DNA of 64,000 nucleotides, from positions 1,952,001 to 2,016,000 of the forward strand of contig CP143273.1 in assembly GCA_051013385.1 (NCBI GenBank), given 5' to 3'. Made by a program: the position numbers and the translations under genes. Position 1 is the stretch's first letter; each line of letters opens with the position of its first letter. This document shows positions 27,628-39,835 of this stretch, one piece after another. Source of the stretch: Phormidium sp. (GTDB taxonomy: Bacteria > Cyanobacteriota > Cyanobacteriia > Cyanobacteriales > Aerosakkonemataceae). The notes below the pieces were generated by a model. That model was given only the letters and a program-made list of their open reading frames with translations. It had not been told where the DNA came from and searched no databases.

Positions 27628-28242
27628 ATGACTAACAACAATCCAAAAAACTGTTTAATAATTTTTACTCGCTATCCTGAAGCTGGGAAAACCAAAACAC
27701 GATTAATTCCGGTTCTTGGTGCTGAAGGTGCAGCAAATTTGCATCGACAATTAACGGAAACAGTGGTAACTGGAGTAAAACAAGTTTCAAATACTTTAAT
27801 TGAAGTGCATTTTACTGGAGGGAACCAACAGTTAATGGCAGCATGGTTAGGAGAAGATATTACCTATAAACAACAAACAGAAGGGGATTTAGGTAAGCGA
27901 ATAGCGACAGCTTTTCAAACAGCTTTCACCAATGGGATTGAGAAAGTTATAATTATTGGTTCGGACTGTCCGGCATTAAATTCCCAAATCATAGGGGAAG
28001 GATTTGCAGCACTTTCTCAACATGAATTAGTACTTGGCCCTGCAACTGATGGAGGTTATTATTTAATTGGGTTAAAGCGGTTAATTCCCGAATTATTTAC
28101 AGGGATTAATTGGGGAACTTCTGAGGTATTGCAGCAAACAGTTAAAATTGCCCAAAATCTGAAGTTAGTAGTTGCTTATCTTACTATTCTTTCTGATATA
28201 GATAGAGCAGAAGACCTAGCAATTTTAGATTTTAGATTTTAG
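27628..28242 (+). CDS. DUF2064/TIGR04282-type glycosyltransferase-like protein
   Basis: FTRYPEAGKTKTRL, IIGSDCP, LGPATDGGYYLIG, DIDRAEDL. Confidence 0.85.
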   Translation: MTNNNPKNCLIIFTRYPEAGKTKTRLIPVLGAEGAANLHRQLTETVVTGVKQVSNTLIEVHFTGGNQQLMAAWLGEDITYKQQTEGDLGKRIATAFQTAFTNGIEKVIIIGSDCPALNSQIIGEGFAALSQHELVLGPATDGGYYLIGLKRLIPELFTGINWGTSEVLQQTVKIAQNLKLVVAYLTILSDIDRAEDLAILDFRF

Positions 28243-28261
28243 ATTTTCATCTGCTTTATCT

Positions 28262-28957
28262 ATGGTCAACAAACAAATAAGAATTTCGGTGATTATTCCG
28301 GTATTAAATGAAGCTAAGGCAATTGAAAAAACTTTGCTTAATTTACAAAGTTACCCAGAGTTAGAAGTTATTGTTGTAGATGGGGGAAGCGAAGATCGAA
28401 CTGTTGCTATTGCGGAAAGTTTCGGTTACAAAGTTTTAACTTCGCCTCGTGGACGATCGATCCAAATGAATGCTGGTGCTACAATTGCAACCGGAAATAT
28501 TTTGTTATTTTTGCATGGTGATACAATTTTACCCGCTAATTTTGGGTCGATGATTTTGGCAGCAACACAAAAACCGGGAGTAGTTGGGGGTGCGTTTGAA
28601 TTGGCGATTGATGCTAAAGTTAAAGGGATTAGGTTAGTGGAAATGATGGTGAATTGGCGATCGCACTTTCTCTCCCTACCTTACGGCGATCAAGCTATCT
28701 TTGTCAAAGCCGAAATCTTCCATAAAATTGGCGGTTTTCCTATCCAACCAATTATGGAAGATTTTGTCTTGATTCGGCAATTAAGAAACATGGGAAAAAT
28801 TGCCATTATCACTACACCAGTTATCACATCAGGTCGCCGTTGGCAACAACTTGGTATAATAAAAACTACCCTGATTAATCAATTAATGATTGTGGGTTAT
28901 TACCTGGGAGTTCCCTCAGAAAAACTAGCAGCTTTTTATCGAAAAAAACGCAAATAA
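28262..28957 (+). CDS. GT2 glycosyltransferase, TIGR04283-type
   Basis: SVIIPVLNE, VDGGS, LFLHGD, PYGDQ, MEDF, TSGRRW. Confidence 0.85.
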   Translation: MVNKQIRISVIIPVLNEAKAIEKTLLNLQSYPELEVIVVDGGSEDRTVAIAESFGYKVLTSPRGRSIQMNAGATIATGNILLFLHGDTILPANFGSMILAATQKPGVVGGAFELAIDAKVKGIRLVEMMVNWRSHFLSLPYGDQAIFVKAEIFHKIGGFPIQPIMEDFVLIRQLRNMGKIAIITTPVITSGRRWQQLGIIKTTLINQLMIVGYYLGVPSEKLAAFYRKKRK

Positions 28958-28965
28958 CCTTGATT

Positions 28966-29580
28966 TTACCAGCCTCTTAATTTCTGATGTACGCAAGCTA
29001 AATACCACATATAATCTTCTAACTGATAACCAACCGCTTTGACTATGTAATCTTGAGATTTTTTCTCATCTCCTTCTGCTTCGTAATACAAACCTAAATA
29101 AAGGTGACTGTAAAATTTACCTTTTTTGCCTTCAGTTTCCCCAGCAATTAATACATCTTCTTCTGTACTATTTCCGGCGAACAAATCATAAACGCAACCC
29201 ATTACTTTTCGCGGATCGTTCCGCACTTCTAATAAAGTATTTCTCGCTTCATAAACTCCACTAAATCTAGCAATACACAGATATCGCCACACCGTTTCTT
29301 CAACATCGTGAGAATTAACTGTTAAATCTATCTCAAATTGGTTAGCACCTTCGGCAAATTTTTCGGCATAATAGTAAGATAAACCACGTTGCCAAAGATA
29401 GGGCGTGAGAGTTGGTTCTAACTTCTCTGCTGTGTCAAAATCCTCAATAGATTCGGCAATTTTAGCCAGCTTAAAATTCGTCATTCCCCGCCGAATATAT
29501 GCCTGAGCATCTTGAGGATTTGTGCGAATCACGTTATTCCACCAAGAAAGTTGTGCTAGCAGTGAAATTTGGCTGTTCAT
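28966..29580 (-). CDS. TPR protein (NlpI-like)
   Basis: AYIRRG...YLWQRGLSYYY...DVEETVW...HLYLGLY. Confidence 0.8.
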   Translation of the reverse strand: MNSQISLLAQLSWWNNVIRTNPQDAQAYIRRGMTNFKLAKIAESIEDFDTAEKLEPTLTPYLWQRGLSYYYAEKFAEGANQFEIDLTVNSHDVEETVWRYLCIARFSGVYEARNTLLEVRNDPRKVMGCVYDLFAGNSTEEDVLIAGETEGKKGKFYSHLYLGLYYEAEGDEKKSQDYIVKAVGYQLEDYMWYLACVHQKLRGW

Positions 29581-29627
29581 GTAAATTAATATTAATCGTT
29601 ATAATGATTATAATTTAGGAGGTAATA

Positions 29628-29717
29628 CTCAGATCTTGCACCAAAGCTAAAAACCGGGTTTCTCCCCCATAACTAAACCTGAAAGCCTAGATTTTCCGTG
29701 AAGAAACCCGGTTTTTC
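29628..29717. repeat. CTCAGATCTTGCACC element end plus AAAAACCGGGTTTCT / AGAAACCCGGTTTTT inverted repeat
   Basis: AGATCTTGCACC recurs near 42730 and, inverted, near 62033. The inverted repeat is related to the 56.4-kb array. Confidence 0.65.
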
Positions 29718-29787
29718 AAGTCTTGTCAGTAATAAGCTAATTGTAAACAGCCTGATGTCCTGAAATTTAAGATTGGAGGATTTAACA

Positions 29788-30126
29788 ATGAATTCACCTC
29801 AAGACGAAGCCGATGCTATAGACATTGAAGTAATTAACCTGAAACCTGAAACTGAGGTTGTTACACCAAAAGTTAGGGTTGAAGAGTTTAGCATTAGCGG
29901 TGATGCTTTAGTAAGTAAGATTAAGGAATTGATTCACGAAGGTAACATTCGTCGCATTACCATCAAAAATGAAGAAGGACAGATACTAATAGAAATTCCT
30001 CTAACTATTGGTGTTGTGGGAGGAGTAGTTGGGACAGCAATGTTCCCGATCGTAGCAGCAATTGGGGCAATTGGCGCATTAGTTGCTCATTTGACAATTG
30101 CGATCGAAAAAGTTGAAGGTTCTTAA
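29788..30126 (+). CDS. DUF4342-domain protein
   Basis: KIKELIHEGNIRRITIK...IEIPLTIG. Confidence 0.8.
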   Translation: MNSPQDEADAIDIEVINLKPETEVVTPKVRVEEFSISGDALVSKIKELIHEGNIRRITIKNEEGQILIEIPLTIGVVGGVVGTAMFPIVAAIGAIGALVAHLTIAIEKVEGS

Positions 30127-30127
30127 G

Positions 30128-32443
30128 TTATTCGAGAATTGGCAATTGAACTGTGAATTGGGTGAGATTGTTATTGCTTTGGACAGTAATTATCCCGCCC
30201 ATCTTTTTAACCAGTTTTTTCACTAATGCTAGTCCTAAGCCAATACCGCTGTATTTCCAAGGATCGTTGTTGGGGATGCGGTAAAACTTTTTGAAGATGT
30301 GAGCAAGTTCTTCTGGTGCAATTTCGATACCTGTATTTGTAATGCTCAAATAGAAATGTTCTGCGTTTGTATAAGCAGAAATAGAGATTTTCTCACCTGA
30401 TGGAGTGTATTTGCAAGCGTTGTTGAGTAATTCGGTGAAGATGCGGCTAAAGCTACGGAGGTCAACTGTTAAGATAGGAAGATTGGGATCTATTTGCAGT
30501 TGGAGTGTTTGCTGTTGATTATGCGCCCGAATTTGAAAGCTTTCGCTCGCATGATGCAGCCAATCTTGTAAATTTATCGGAATAGGTTGAGTAGCATAAA
30601 CTCCAGCTTCGATTTGCTGAAGGTTAAGTAAGTCTTCTATTAAGTTTAGTTCCCGCTCAGACTCTTCGTGCAACACTTTCAGATAGTGCATTGCTTCGTT
30701 GTTTTGTGCTTCTAAATGAGCGGTATCTTGAATGAAAGTTTTTCCTTGATCGGTAAGCTCCATTAATAAGCCTGTTACCATGTGAATACTAGAAATTGGG
30801 GTACGCAGTTCGTGAGAAATCGTACTGAGAAAATCATCTTTGAGATGATTTAGTCGTTCGAGTTCCTTAACTTGAGATTGAGCAGCTTCATAAAGTCTTG
30901 CTTGTCGGAGAGCGATCTCACACTGATTAGCTACCTGTTGCACTAAATGAATTTCCATTTGACTAAAACAAGAATCAATAGATTTCAATACCCAGAGTTC
31001 GCCAATTACTTTTGGTTGTTCTAATTGTCCATCAAAAATTGGACAGACCAAAATTGCTGAATGATTGCGAATTGTACTAGCTTCAGTTTGACAAAAGGCG
31101 AAGCAATAACCTTGCTGTAATTGTTTATAGATCTCAATTGCATCTTGGACTTGAATTTCTTGCCCTTGACTTTCGGGTAGTCCGGGTGCAACATACTGAT
31201 AATGAATTTTAGAAGTTAGACGATCGGGACTATAGAGAGCAGCATTACAAGTTTCTGCTTTAGTTGCGATCGCTAATTCTTTGACAGCAATTTGGAGAAT
31301 TTGATGAGAATCAAGTGAATCTCGCACTTTATCAGAAATGCGTTTTAGTGTGGCTTCAAATTTGAGAGATTGCTGTAATTCTAAAGTCCGAATGTAGACT
31401 TGCCTTTCTAAAGTCGTATTGAAACTCTGAATCTCATGATAAAGTTCAGCTTGTTGAATTGCGATCGCAATTTGACCTGCCAGTTGCGTAAGTAAACTCA
31501 CTTCCGAACTCAGCCAAGTTCTAGGCGCAGAACAATGGTGAATAATCAGCAATCCCCAGAGTTTTTCATTAGCCAAAATTGGCACCACCAATTTAGCTTT
31601 CACTGCCCATTGTTCTACAAACTGTATTAAACAAGGAGCCATATCTATGTTTTTGGCATGGATATCATTAATAATGCCAATTCTGCCGTGATTATAAAGT
31701 TCATGATAGGGAAAGGGAAATACTTCTTCTGGGAAAGACATTCCTAAAATAGCTGGAAAACCTGCTACAACTGATTCCGCTACTACTTTTCCCGTGTTAT
31801 TAGCCAATATTTGATAGACTAATACGCGGTCGGCTTGCAGCAATTGTTGAATTGCAGAAACCGTTGAATTGAAAACAACTTCTTTATCGAGAGATTGTCT
31901 AATTTTGAGAATAACCTGACCCATTAACCGTTCTTGTTCGGCTTGAAACCGCAGCGTTTCCTCAGTTTGTTTTAGGTGTTGATTTTGAGTTAATAATTGC
32001 TGCTGCTGTTGTCGAATTGTCAATTGATGTCCAATCCGAACTAACACTTCTTCTGCTTGAAACGGTTTAATGATGTAATCTGCTGCGCCAGCTTTAAAGG
32101 CTTTCACCTTATCATTAACATCATTCAAAGCACTTAAGAAAATTACGGGAATATCACGAGTGGCAGGATTAGCTTTGAGGAGCGAACAAACTTCATAGCC
32201 ATCCATTTCTGGCATTCGGATATCCAACAAAATCAGTTCCGGGGGATTTGCTTGTACTGCACTCAAAGCGATTTTGCCACTAGTCGCTTGTCTCACCGTG
32301 TAGGTTTCATCGCGTAAAATGGCAGACAAAGTGCGTAAATTGTCGGGTTGGTCATCGACAATCAAAATGCTGACTTTGGTTTTTATACTTGTCGGAACTG
32401 TAACCATAGACATAAAATATACCCCCAACTTTAGGATTCCCAA
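30128..32443 (-). CDS. Hybrid sensor kinase REC-GAF(cyanobacteriochrome)-GAF-HisKA-HATPase
   Basis: REC at the N-terminus. GAF1 has FPEEVFP...PCL...VKAKLVVPI. Kinase motifs [20 protein letters not shown]. The true start may be a few codons downstream. Confidence 0.88.
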   Translation of the reverse strand: MGILKLGVYFMSMVTVPTSIKTKVSILIVDDQPDNLRTLSAILRDETYTVRQATSGKIALSAVQANPPELILLDIRMPEMDGYEVCSLLKANPATRDIPVIFLSALNDVNDKVKAFKAGAADYIIKPFQAEEVLVRIGHQLTIRQQQQQLLTQNQHLKQTEETLRFQAEQERLMGQVILKIRQSLDKEVVFNSTVSAIQQLLQADRVLVYQILANNTGKVVAESVVAGFPAILGMSFPEEVFPFPYHELYNHGRIGIINDIHAKNIDMAPCLIQFVEQWAVKAKLVVPILANEKLWGLLIIHHCSAPRTWLSSEVSLLTQLAGQIAIAIQQAELYHEIQSFNTTLERQVYIRTLELQQSLKFEATLKRISDKVRDSLDSHQILQIAVKELAIATKAETCNAALYSPDRLTSKIHYQYVAPGLPESQGQEIQVQDAIEIYKQLQQGYCFAFCQTEASTIRNHSAILVCPIFDGQLEQPKVIGELWVLKSIDSCFSQMEIHLVQQVANQCEIALRQARLYEAAQSQVKELERLNHLKDDFLSTISHELRTPISSIHMVTGLLMELTDQGKTFIQDTAHLEAQNNEAMHYLKVLHEESERELNLIEDLLNLQQIEAGVYATQPIPINLQDWLHHASESFQIRAHNQQQTLQLQIDPNLPILTVDLRSFSRIFTELLNNACKYTPSGEKISISAYTNAEHFYLSITNTGIEIAPEELAHIFKKFYRIPNNDPWKYSGIGLGLALVKKLVKKMGGIITVQSNNNLTQFTVQLPILE

Positions 32444-35400
32444 TTCAGCGGCAAATTAGCTAACTCCACAATGCGAGGAAATTCAAAGTTTTGTGTCAAT
32501 TGGCGTAATCCAGCGGCAAGTTGGCTGTGATCCGAGGGAATCTGGTCAATCAATTCCAAAACTGCATCTTGATCGCAGGATAGCGCCCCGTAGTTTAATT
32601 GAGCAATCCATTCTTCTGACATTACAGATAAACTCTCGGTAGTTAATGCCTGCGTCAGAGAAAGGTCAGATTGATTGGGCAATTGCGGCTCATTTTCAGC
32701 ATAAATATAAGAGATACCTAAATATTTTGCCATTTTTTCAAACAGGGTTCCTTCTTGAAATGGCTTGCTAATGTAATCGTCACAGCCTGCGGCGAGGGCC
32801 AGGTCACGATCGCTCTGTGAAGCATGGGCTGTCAGAGCAATAATAATCGATCGTTGATGTTGCAGATTGAGTTTTGATTGCTGATGTTCCAAATCTGCCT
32901 CACTTTCCCGCCGGAGATTTTCTTGCTCTCGAATCCATTTTGCCGCTTCATAGCCATTGAGAACGGGCATCCGAATATCCATCCAGGTAAGATGAGGTTG
33001 CCAATCTTTCCAGATCGCGATCGCATCTTGCCCATTCATTGCTTCGCGCACATCTAATCCTAATTGAGTCAATAGTTTGACCAGCAATAAACGATTTTCG
33101 GGTTGGTCATCGACTACCAATATGCGATATTTAGGTTGATTGGGAACCAGTCCGATTACTTGGCGATCGTGTGGCTCTAGTTGTACTTCTGCACTGGTAG
33201 CAATTTCAGAGGGCAGGATCAGTTGGAATATACTGCCTGTTCCTACTGCACTAGTAGCAGTAATCTCTCCTCCTAGTAAGCGGGCAAGTTTCCGGCTGAT
33301 GGTTAAACCTAATCCTGTTCCTTCGGTTGTTCCTCTGCCAGCTTCAGCTTGTACGAAAGCATCAAAAATTGCATTCAGGTCTTTTTGGGCAATGCCACTG
33401 CCTGTATCTTCTACTTCAAATATCAGGAAGCGAAGGTTTGGCGGCTGATGATGATTTTCTGTAGTATTTTTTACCTCCTTTTGTTTATTATCCACTTTAA
33501 CGCGCAAGGTTATGCCTCCCCGTTTGGTGAATTTGATGGCGTTGCTGAGGAGGTTAATTAGTATTTGACGAAGTTTGCTGGCATCGGTGGTGATGTATTG
33601 GGGTAAAAGTGGGTCTATATGGAAGTTGAAGTCGAGGTCTCTTGCGATCGCACGTTGCCCAAACATACTACGAAGTGAATGTAATAGAGCAACTAAGTCT
33701 ATATTGCACAAGTTAATTGTGGTGTGTCCGGCTTCGATTTTCGACAAGTCTAATACATCATTAATCAAGTTGAGCAGGTGATCTCCACTGCGGCGAATAA
33801 TTTGCAGGTTTTCTTGCTGTTCGCTGTTGAGAGATAAATCATGGCTCATTACTTGAGTAAATCCGAGAATTACGTTGAGCGGAGTTCGTAATTCATGACT
33901 CATATTAGCCAGAAAAATGCTCTTGGCTTGATTTGCTACTTCGGCGGCTTCTTTGGCTTGTTGCAGTTGAATTTCAAAATGTTTGCGATCGGTGATATCT
34001 TGACCAATACCAAGGTAGTAGCCGTTGGAAAGTCGGACGTTTGCCCAAGAAGTGTGCAAAGTTTGACCGGAGGCTGTTAGGGTAATGCAATCTTTCCATT
34101 TGCCATTAGCTGCCATCATGTGATCTATTATTTCTTGGCGATAAGCAGGATCGGGATAACAGTCTATTAATATATTTCGTTGTTGCCATTCTTCTAGTGA
34201 CCAGCCTAATACTTTTTGGACTTCGGGATTAATGAATTCAATTATGTTGTTTTGGTTAAACATGGCAACCATGATCGGAATGTGATCGAACATGGCTTGC
34301 AGGATTTCTTTTTGATGTTTTAGTTCGATTTCGGCGCGTTTGCGATCGGTAATATCCCGTACCATAACCAACACTTGATCTTGCTGTAATGGCACAATTC
34401 GCACTTCTTCATAAACTAGTCGGTCTTTGATGAAAATTTGATGCTCATAAATTTGCATCTTTCCGGTTTGGAAAGCCTTTTGCATATAATCTATGTAGAT
34501 TTGAGCTAGTTCATTAGGCAAGACATCAAACACATTGATATTGTGACGGATCTGGTCTGGATTGATCAGATTAAACTCACTGTTAGAAATAAAATCCAGA
34601 TAAGTACCATCAGAACGCATCCTAATTAGTAAGTCGGGAATGGCTTCAATAATCGCTTGTTTTGTGGCTTCGCTTTGACGTAACGCTTCTTCGGCTCGAT
34701 GTTGCAAAGTCACATCAACCGCTACTCCTCCTACTAATGTTTGTCCAGAAGGATCGGGAATGGGGAATTTATAAACTAGAAAATTACCCATTTCACCACC
34801 TCGATGGGGAGCGACTTCAATTGCTTCAACTACCTGATTCGTTTGCACAACAGTTTGAATATTCTCAAGAAATTGTTGGGCAACTTTTTGGGGATAAATT
34901 TCAAAAATAGATTTGCCAACTAAATCTTCAATAGGTACATGAAAAGTGTGAAGGTATGTTTGGCTCACATATAGGATTATCCCATTTTCATCAGTAATCC
35001 AGGCAGGGGCAGGGCTATGATTCATGAATGCTTGGAAGCGGGCTTCACTTTGGCGCAGTGCGGCTTCAGCTTGTTCGCGTTCGTCTTCCATGCGTTTGCG
35101 ATCGCTAATATCTCGCAAAAATGCGGTAAAGACTGTCTCGCCACCTAGTTGCAATTTCGAGATTGAGGCTTCCGCAGGAAATTCGCTGCCATCTTTGCGA
35201 CGACCAAAAATTTCCCCTCGCTCTCCAAGTGGGCGATGAGTTTCTACACCACCCATGCGTCGTGCTTTACCACTTGATTGACCAAAGTTATAAACGTGGT
35301 GATTGTGAACATCGGCAAAGCGAGATGGTAGTAATTGCTCTAAAGGTTGTCCTAAAATTTCGTCAGCTTTGTAGCCAAAAATCTTTTCTGCCCCTTGGTT

Positions 35401-37596
35401 AAATAGGCTAATTCGCTGATTAATATCGACTGAAATAATCGCATCGTTAGCGATTTCGAGAATTCCGGCAAAACGTGCTTGGGAGATGCGTAAAGTTTCT
35501 TCGGCTTGTTTGCGATCGCTAATATCAACTAATAACCCATCCCATGCTTCTCCTTCTGGTGAATACTGTGCCTGAGAATTGCCTTGTATCCACTTGTGTT
35601 TCCCCGATGGAGTGGCGATCCGTCCTTCCCAGTGCCACGCTAAAAAATGTTCTACGGCATAGCTAACTGATGATATAAATGATGGCAAATCGTCTGGGTG
35701 AATCAAATTGACAAAGGAATTCGCATCTTCAATGATTGTCTCTGGCGCTAACTCAAGTAATTCTAATGATTGAGGACTAACAAAGGTAAAATAATGTGGT
35801 TTGTCGGCAGTAGGAGGGTAGTAGCGATAAACCATACCGGGCATATTTGTCACCAATGCCTCGAACTTAGCTTGACTGGATTGTAGGGCAAGTTCTGCTC
35901 GTTTGCGATCGCTAATGTCCTTCATGAAACAGTAATTTCCCGAAAGCTGCTGTTGTTCGTCGTAGCAGGCAATCATCACCAGTTGTTTATAAAAAACTGA
36001 ACCATCCCGGCGTATTCCTCTAGTTTCAACCTCTACCCTGCCCTCTCGCACCATCTGGTGATAAATAGCGATCATTTTTTCTAATTCATCGGGATGTACT
36101 GTCAGCTGCCAAGACATCCCAATCATTTCTTCCGGTTGGTAGCCAGTGATGCTGGCATAAGTTCTATTAACGTAGAGGTAGCGTCCTTGAACATCTAGTT
36201 TGGAAATACCTGAGACTGCATTTTCTAAGACTCCAGTCATTTCTCGCAACTCTGCTTCTGCCTGCTTCAGGTTGCTAATATCGATGAATGTCACCACAAT
36301 TTGTTTGAGTTGATTTTTGAGATCGAATTCGGGAAATGCTGTAGCTAATACCCAAACTTTTGGCGCAGAGCCTCTGCTAATTCCTAGCACATAATTTTCC
36401 AGAGAAATTCCTGTAGATAAAACTCGATTCACAGGGTATTCCTCTTCCGCCATGATAGTTTCGTCTTCACGAATAAAATGCCATGAGGGATCGATCGCTG
36501 TTTTTCCCAACATTTGATCCATCGACAGCCCTAATAAATCACAAGCTGTTACATTACACAGCAAAATGCTAGTATCAGGTGCATGAACTACAAACCCAGC
36601 ATCTAAGTGATCGATCAGTTGGCGATATCTGCTTTCACTTTCTCGCAAAGTTTCTTCTACTTGCCGTCGTTCGATGATTTCTATCTGTAGCTGTTGGTTG
36701 ATTTTTTTGGTTTTTTGAATTTGTTTTTCTGATTGTTGTGCAAGAAAAACTGTTAGTGCTAAAGTCCAAGCAGCAATTAAACCACTAATTAAGACTATTT
36801 TAGGGAGAAGGAATGGCTCACGGGCGATCGATGCTGGATTTGGTATAATTTCTAGTTTCCAGTCCAGGCTATAAGCTGAAATTGTAATGGTTTTTTTTAA
36901 TAATGGGGATTGGATCTGTGAGCCTTGAATGTAAATTAATTCATTATTTTCATAAACTTTTACTTGATAACCTTTCGATACTCGTAAGCTGCTATCCAAT
37001 AGTGCCGGAATTGGGAAAACACCAATAATAAATCCATCAGGACGATCTGCTGTAAATAAAGGGATAACTGCCAAAATGTCCTGAGTTTCTTTACTTCCTG
37101 GAATCTGTAAACTATAGCGTAATAGAACTGGTTGACGGCGAGTTTGTGCGAGTTTTAAGGCAGCTTGCTTTATGGCGTTTTGGTTAAGGTTTAAGTTCTG
37201 AGTTTTTGGTTTTTCGCGTGGCGAAGCGACAATCCAATGTATGTTAGATGATGGCACGATTAGTTCGATCGCTTGATATTCACCAAAGTCCTTCTCTAAG
37301 GCAGCTGCGTCAGCTTCCCAGAAAGCTTTATTTGTCCCACTGCTTGTTTGCCAACGCTTTGCCATCCGTTGCAGTGCCAAAACTCTTTCTGTCAGTTCTT
37401 CTTTGAACTCCGATTCAATTGCTGTGACTTCTTGCTGAACTAACTGCTCAATGTGCTGTTGTTCCTGTGTTAATAACTGCTGCCACAGTCCAAAAACTGC
37501 GAGTGTGGCGACAATGCCCAGCAACAGTGGCAGCCAGTAACGTAGAGTTTGCCTTCTAAGCCATTGAAAGTATTTATACCAGTAAGAGCGCTTCAC
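32431..37596 (-). CDS. Membrane hybrid histidine kinase: CHASE-like domain, multiple PAS/PAC, HisKA/HATPase, REC
   Basis: Two transmembrane helices, about seven PAS units ending DI(S/T)DRK-like, [31 protein letters not shown]. Confidence 0.9.
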   Translation of the reverse strand: MKRSYWYKYFQWLRRQTLRYWLPLLLGIVATLAVFGLWQQLLTQEQQHIEQLVQQEVTAIESEFKEELTERVLALQRMAKRWQTSSGTNKAFWEADAAALEKDFGEYQAIELIVPSSNIHWIVASPREKPKTQNLNLNQNAIKQAALKLAQTRRQPVLLRYSLQIPGSKETQDILAVIPLFTADRPDGFIIGVFPIPALLDSSLRVSKGYQVKVYENNELIYIQGSQIQSPLLKKTITISAYSLDWKLEIIPNPASIAREPFLLPKIVLISGLIAAWTLALTVFLAQQSEKQIQKTKKINQQLQIEIIERRQVEETLRESESRYRQLIDHLDAGFVVHAPDTSILLCNVTACDLLGLSMDQMLGKTAIDPSWHFIREDETIMAEEEYPVNRVLSTGISLENYVLGISRGSAPKVWVLATAFPEFDLKNQLKQIVVTFIDISNLKQAEAELREMTGVLENAVSGISKLDVQGRYLYVNRTYASITGYQPEEMIGMSWQLTVHPDELEKMIAIYHQMVREGRVEVETRGIRRDGSVFYKQLVMIACYDEQQQLSGNYCFMKDISDRKRAELALQSSQAKFEALVTNMPGMVYRYYPPTADKPHYFTFVSPQSLELLELAPETIIEDANSFVNLIHPDDLPSFISSVSYAVEHFLAWHWEGRIATPSGKHKWIQGNSQAQYSPEGEAWDGLLVDISDRKQAEETLRISQARFAGILEIANDAIISVDINQRISLFNQGAEKIFGYKADEILGQPLEQLLPSRFADVHNHHVYNFGQSSGKARRMGGVETHRPLGERGEIFGRRKDGSEFPAEASISKLQLGGETVFTAFLRDISDRKRMEDEREQAEAALRQSEARFQAFMNHSPAPAWITDENGIILYVSQTYLHTFHVPIEDLVGKSIFEIYPQKVAQQFLENIQTVVQTNQVVEAIEVAPHRGGEMGNFLVYKFPIPDPSGQTLVGGVAVDVTLQHRAEEALRQSEATKQAIIEAIPDLLIRMRSDGTYLDFISNSEFNLINPDQIRHNINVFDVLPNELAQIYIDYMQKAFQTGKMQIYEHQIFIKDRLVYEEVRIVPLQQDQVLVMVRDITDRKRAEIELKHQKEILQAMFDHIPIMVAMFNQNNIIEFINPEVQKVLGWSLEEWQQRNILIDCYPDPAYRQEIIDHMMAANGKWKDCITLTASGQTLHTSWANVRLSNGYYLGIGQDITDRKHFEIQLQQAKEAAEVANQAKSIFLANMSHELRTPLNVILGFTQVMSHDLSLNSEQQENLQIIRRSGDHLLNLINDVLDLSKIEAGHTTINLCNIDLVALLHSLRSMFGQRAIARDLDFNFHIDPLLPQYITTDASKLRQILINLLSNAIKFTKRGGITLRVKVDNKQKEVKNTTENHHQPPNLRFLIFEVEDTGSGIAQKDLNAIFDAFVQAEAGRGTTEGTGLGLTISRKLARLLGGEITATSAVGTGSIFQLILPSEIATSAEVQLEPHDRQVIGLVPNQPKYRILVVDDQPENRLLLVKLLTQLGLDVREAMNGQDAIAIWKDWQPHLTWMDIRMPVLNGYEAAKWIREQENLRRESEADLEHQQSKLNLQHQRSIIIALTAHASQSDRDLALAAGCDDYISKPFQEGTLFEKMAKYLGISYIYAENEPQLPNQSDLSLTQALTTESLSVMSEEWIAQLNYGALSCDQDAVLELIDQIPSDHSQLAAGLRQLTQNFEFPRIVELANLPLNWES

Positions 37597-37783
37597 TTGA
37601 ACCTCCTAAGCCGACACCAAAACTTGCTCCTCAGCCAATTATGCTTGGGTTACTTCTTGAGAAATTGAAGTCCTGAAGGATTGGTTGGTTGTCCTTTTAT
37701 ACTATTTGATATCTAGGAACTAAATGTAAAAAATACAGAAACTTTAATAGGGCGTATGCCAAAATAATTGCTGGGTGCGATCG

Positions 37784-38251
37784 CTATTTCCGGCAGCAAT
37801 TTAAAATATGCGTCGCCACAGTTTCCGCTACAGGCATTACTGATAAACGATTACCTTGTTTAACAACTAAAAGTTCATCGGGGCTAAATTCTTGTTTGAG
37901 CTTTTCTAAAGTAATAATTTGGGGGAAAACTTCTTTAAATTCCACAATTACAGTTTGCCAACGTGGAGATTGGGGAGTAGATTTAGGGTCGTAATATTTA
38001 CTTTTAACATCGAATTGAGTGGGATCGACAACATTGTTTTCGCTCACGCGCATTAACCCAACAATTCCCGGAGGATTGGCGTTGGAATGATAAAAAAATG
38101 CTAAGTCACCTGGGTTCATTTGGCGGAGGAAATTTCGCGCTTGATAGTTACGCACACCATCCCAAATAGTTTGGCGATCGCGCTCCAAATGAGTTATACT
38201 ATAAACCTCTGGTTCCGATTTCATTAACCAATAATTAGTCAAGTTTGCCAC
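37784..38251 (-). CDS. EVE-domain protein
   Basis: YWLMKSEP, WDGVRNYQARN, FYHSN, RLSVMPV. Confidence 0.92.
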   Translation of the reverse strand: MANLTNYWLMKSEPEVYSITHLERDRQTIWDGVRNYQARNFLRQMNPGDLAFFYHSNANPPGIVGLMRVSENNVVDPTQFDVKSKYYDPKSTPQSPRWQTVIVEFKEVFPQIITLEKLKQEFSPDELLVVKQGNRLSVMPVAETVATHILNCCRK

Positions 38252-38301
38252 CTTTTTGGAAAACCGCTACAATACTTTTACCTTTGAGTTTTAATCATAC
38301 T

Positions 38302-39783
38302 ATGGTACAAGCCCCAGCACGCACCGCTACAGATTTAGCCCAATTAGCAATTAGTCTGATTAAAAAAGCTGGATGCGAATATGGAGATGTGCGAATTTGT
38401 ACATATCGAAGACAGTATTTAACAGCACGCGATCGGTCTTTAAGTAACCTTTCAGATAACGTAAGTTCTGGTTTTGGCGTGCGTGTATTACTCAATGGAT
38501 CGTGGGGATTTGCTGCTAGTCCTCATAAAACTCCCGCTGAAGTGGAACGTATCGTTAATTTAGCAGTAGAAATTGCCCAAGGAAGTCGCCTTTCTCAACA
38601 GAAAAAAGTAGAATTAGTCCCGGTAGAAGCTTATCGCGATACCTACATTACTCCCATTGAAATCGATCCTTTTTCTGTGCCAATTGCCCAAAAAGCAGAT
38701 TTACTTTTAAATATTAACGAAAAACTGTTGAGTTATGGGGAAAAAGGAATCAAAAAAGCGTATTCTTCCTTAGAATTAACTCGCGAAGATAAAGTTTTTG
38801 CCTCTACAGTTGGTTCCTTAATTGAGCAAACAATTTATCGCAGTTATCCCATATTTAGTTGTACGGCAATTGCTAACGGTGATGCCCAAAGTCGGACTTA
38901 CGAACGTCCCCCTTTAAACCAAGGTTACGAAAATATTAACCCAGCAGATTTGTTAGCACAAATAGATAGAGTAGCACAAGAAGCAATTGAAAAAGTTAAC
39001 GCTCCCAAAGGGCCATCTGGGATTAACACAACCTTGATTCTCAAACCGACAAATGTTTGGTTAACTATTCATGAATCCGTCGGACATCCCACAGAATTAG
39101 ACCGAGTTTATGGCTACGAAGCTAACTTTGCGGGAACGAGTTTTGCTACTATTGATAAGTTAGGAAAACTGCAATATGGGGCACCTTGGGTTAATTTTAA
39201 ATGCGATCGCACCCAGCCAGCAGGACGCAGCACCGTAGGTTATGATGATGAAGGCGTACCTGCACAAGAATGGTATGTGGTTAAAGACGGAATTTTAGTG
39301 GATTATTTGACCGATCGCGAAACCGCTTATCGTCTCGGTCGTCCTAACAGTAACGGTTGCGCTTTTGCTGATAGTTGGTCTAGCGTTCCAATGGTGAGAA
39401 TTCCCAATTTAGGATTAGAACCAGGGCTAGAAAACGGTTCGCATACTGCGAGTTTAGCAGAAATGATTGCTGATACCGAAGATGGCATTTTAATTGATGG
39501 TTATGGAACTTTTTCGATCGACCAACAAAGACGCAATTTTCAATTCGGTGGCGATGCTTTTTGGAAAGTTGAAAAAGGCAAAATTGTCGGGATGTTAAAA
39601 GATGTCAATTACCATTCTATGACCACTGATTTTTGGAATAGCGTTGATGCAGTAGGGCCTGCTTCTGAACGTCAACAATGTGGTACAGATTCCTGCGGCA
39701 AAGGAGAACCAATGCAAGTTGCCCAAATGTCTCACGCTTGCGTTCCGGTGCGCGTTCGTAACATTCAAGTTAGCGCGTCATAA
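38302..39783 (+). CDS. tldD: TldD-family metalloprotease
   Basis: HESVGHPTELDR, YDDEGV, CGKGEP. Probable ATG at 38302. Confidence 0.88.
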   Translation: MVQAPARTATDLAQLAISLIKKAGCEYGDVRICTYRRQYLTARDRSLSNLSDNVSSGFGVRVLLNGSWGFAASPHKTPAEVERIVNLAVEIAQGSRLSQQKKVELVPVEAYRDTYITPIEIDPFSVPIAQKADLLLNINEKLLSYGEKGIKKAYSSLELTREDKVFASTVGSLIEQTIYRSYPIFSCTAIANGDAQSRTYERPPLNQGYENINPADLLAQIDRVAQEAIEKVNAPKGPSGINTTLILKPTNVWLTIHESVGHPTELDRVYGYEANFAGTSFATIDKLGKLQYGAPWVNFKCDRTQPAGRSTVGYDDEGVPAQEWYVVKDGILVDYLTDRETAYRLGRPNSNGCAFADSWSSVPMVRIPNLGLEPGLENGSHTASLAEMIADTEDGILIDGYGTFSIDQQRRNFQFGGDAFWKVEKGKIVGMLKDVNYHSMTTDFWNSVDAVGPASERQQCGTDSCGKGEPMQVAQMSHACVPVRVRNIQVSAS

Positions 39784-39835
39784 CTAACAATTTTATCTGT
39801 GTTTATCTGTGTTCATTTCTGGTTTAATATGTGAT

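Noticed and set aside
27628..28957. Arsenosugar or selenometabolite cluster linked to egtD/ovoA
   Set aside because: The two transferases are a common cyanobacterial pair. They lie over 15 kb from ovoA, with no adjacent ArsS/ArsM, SelD or SenB.
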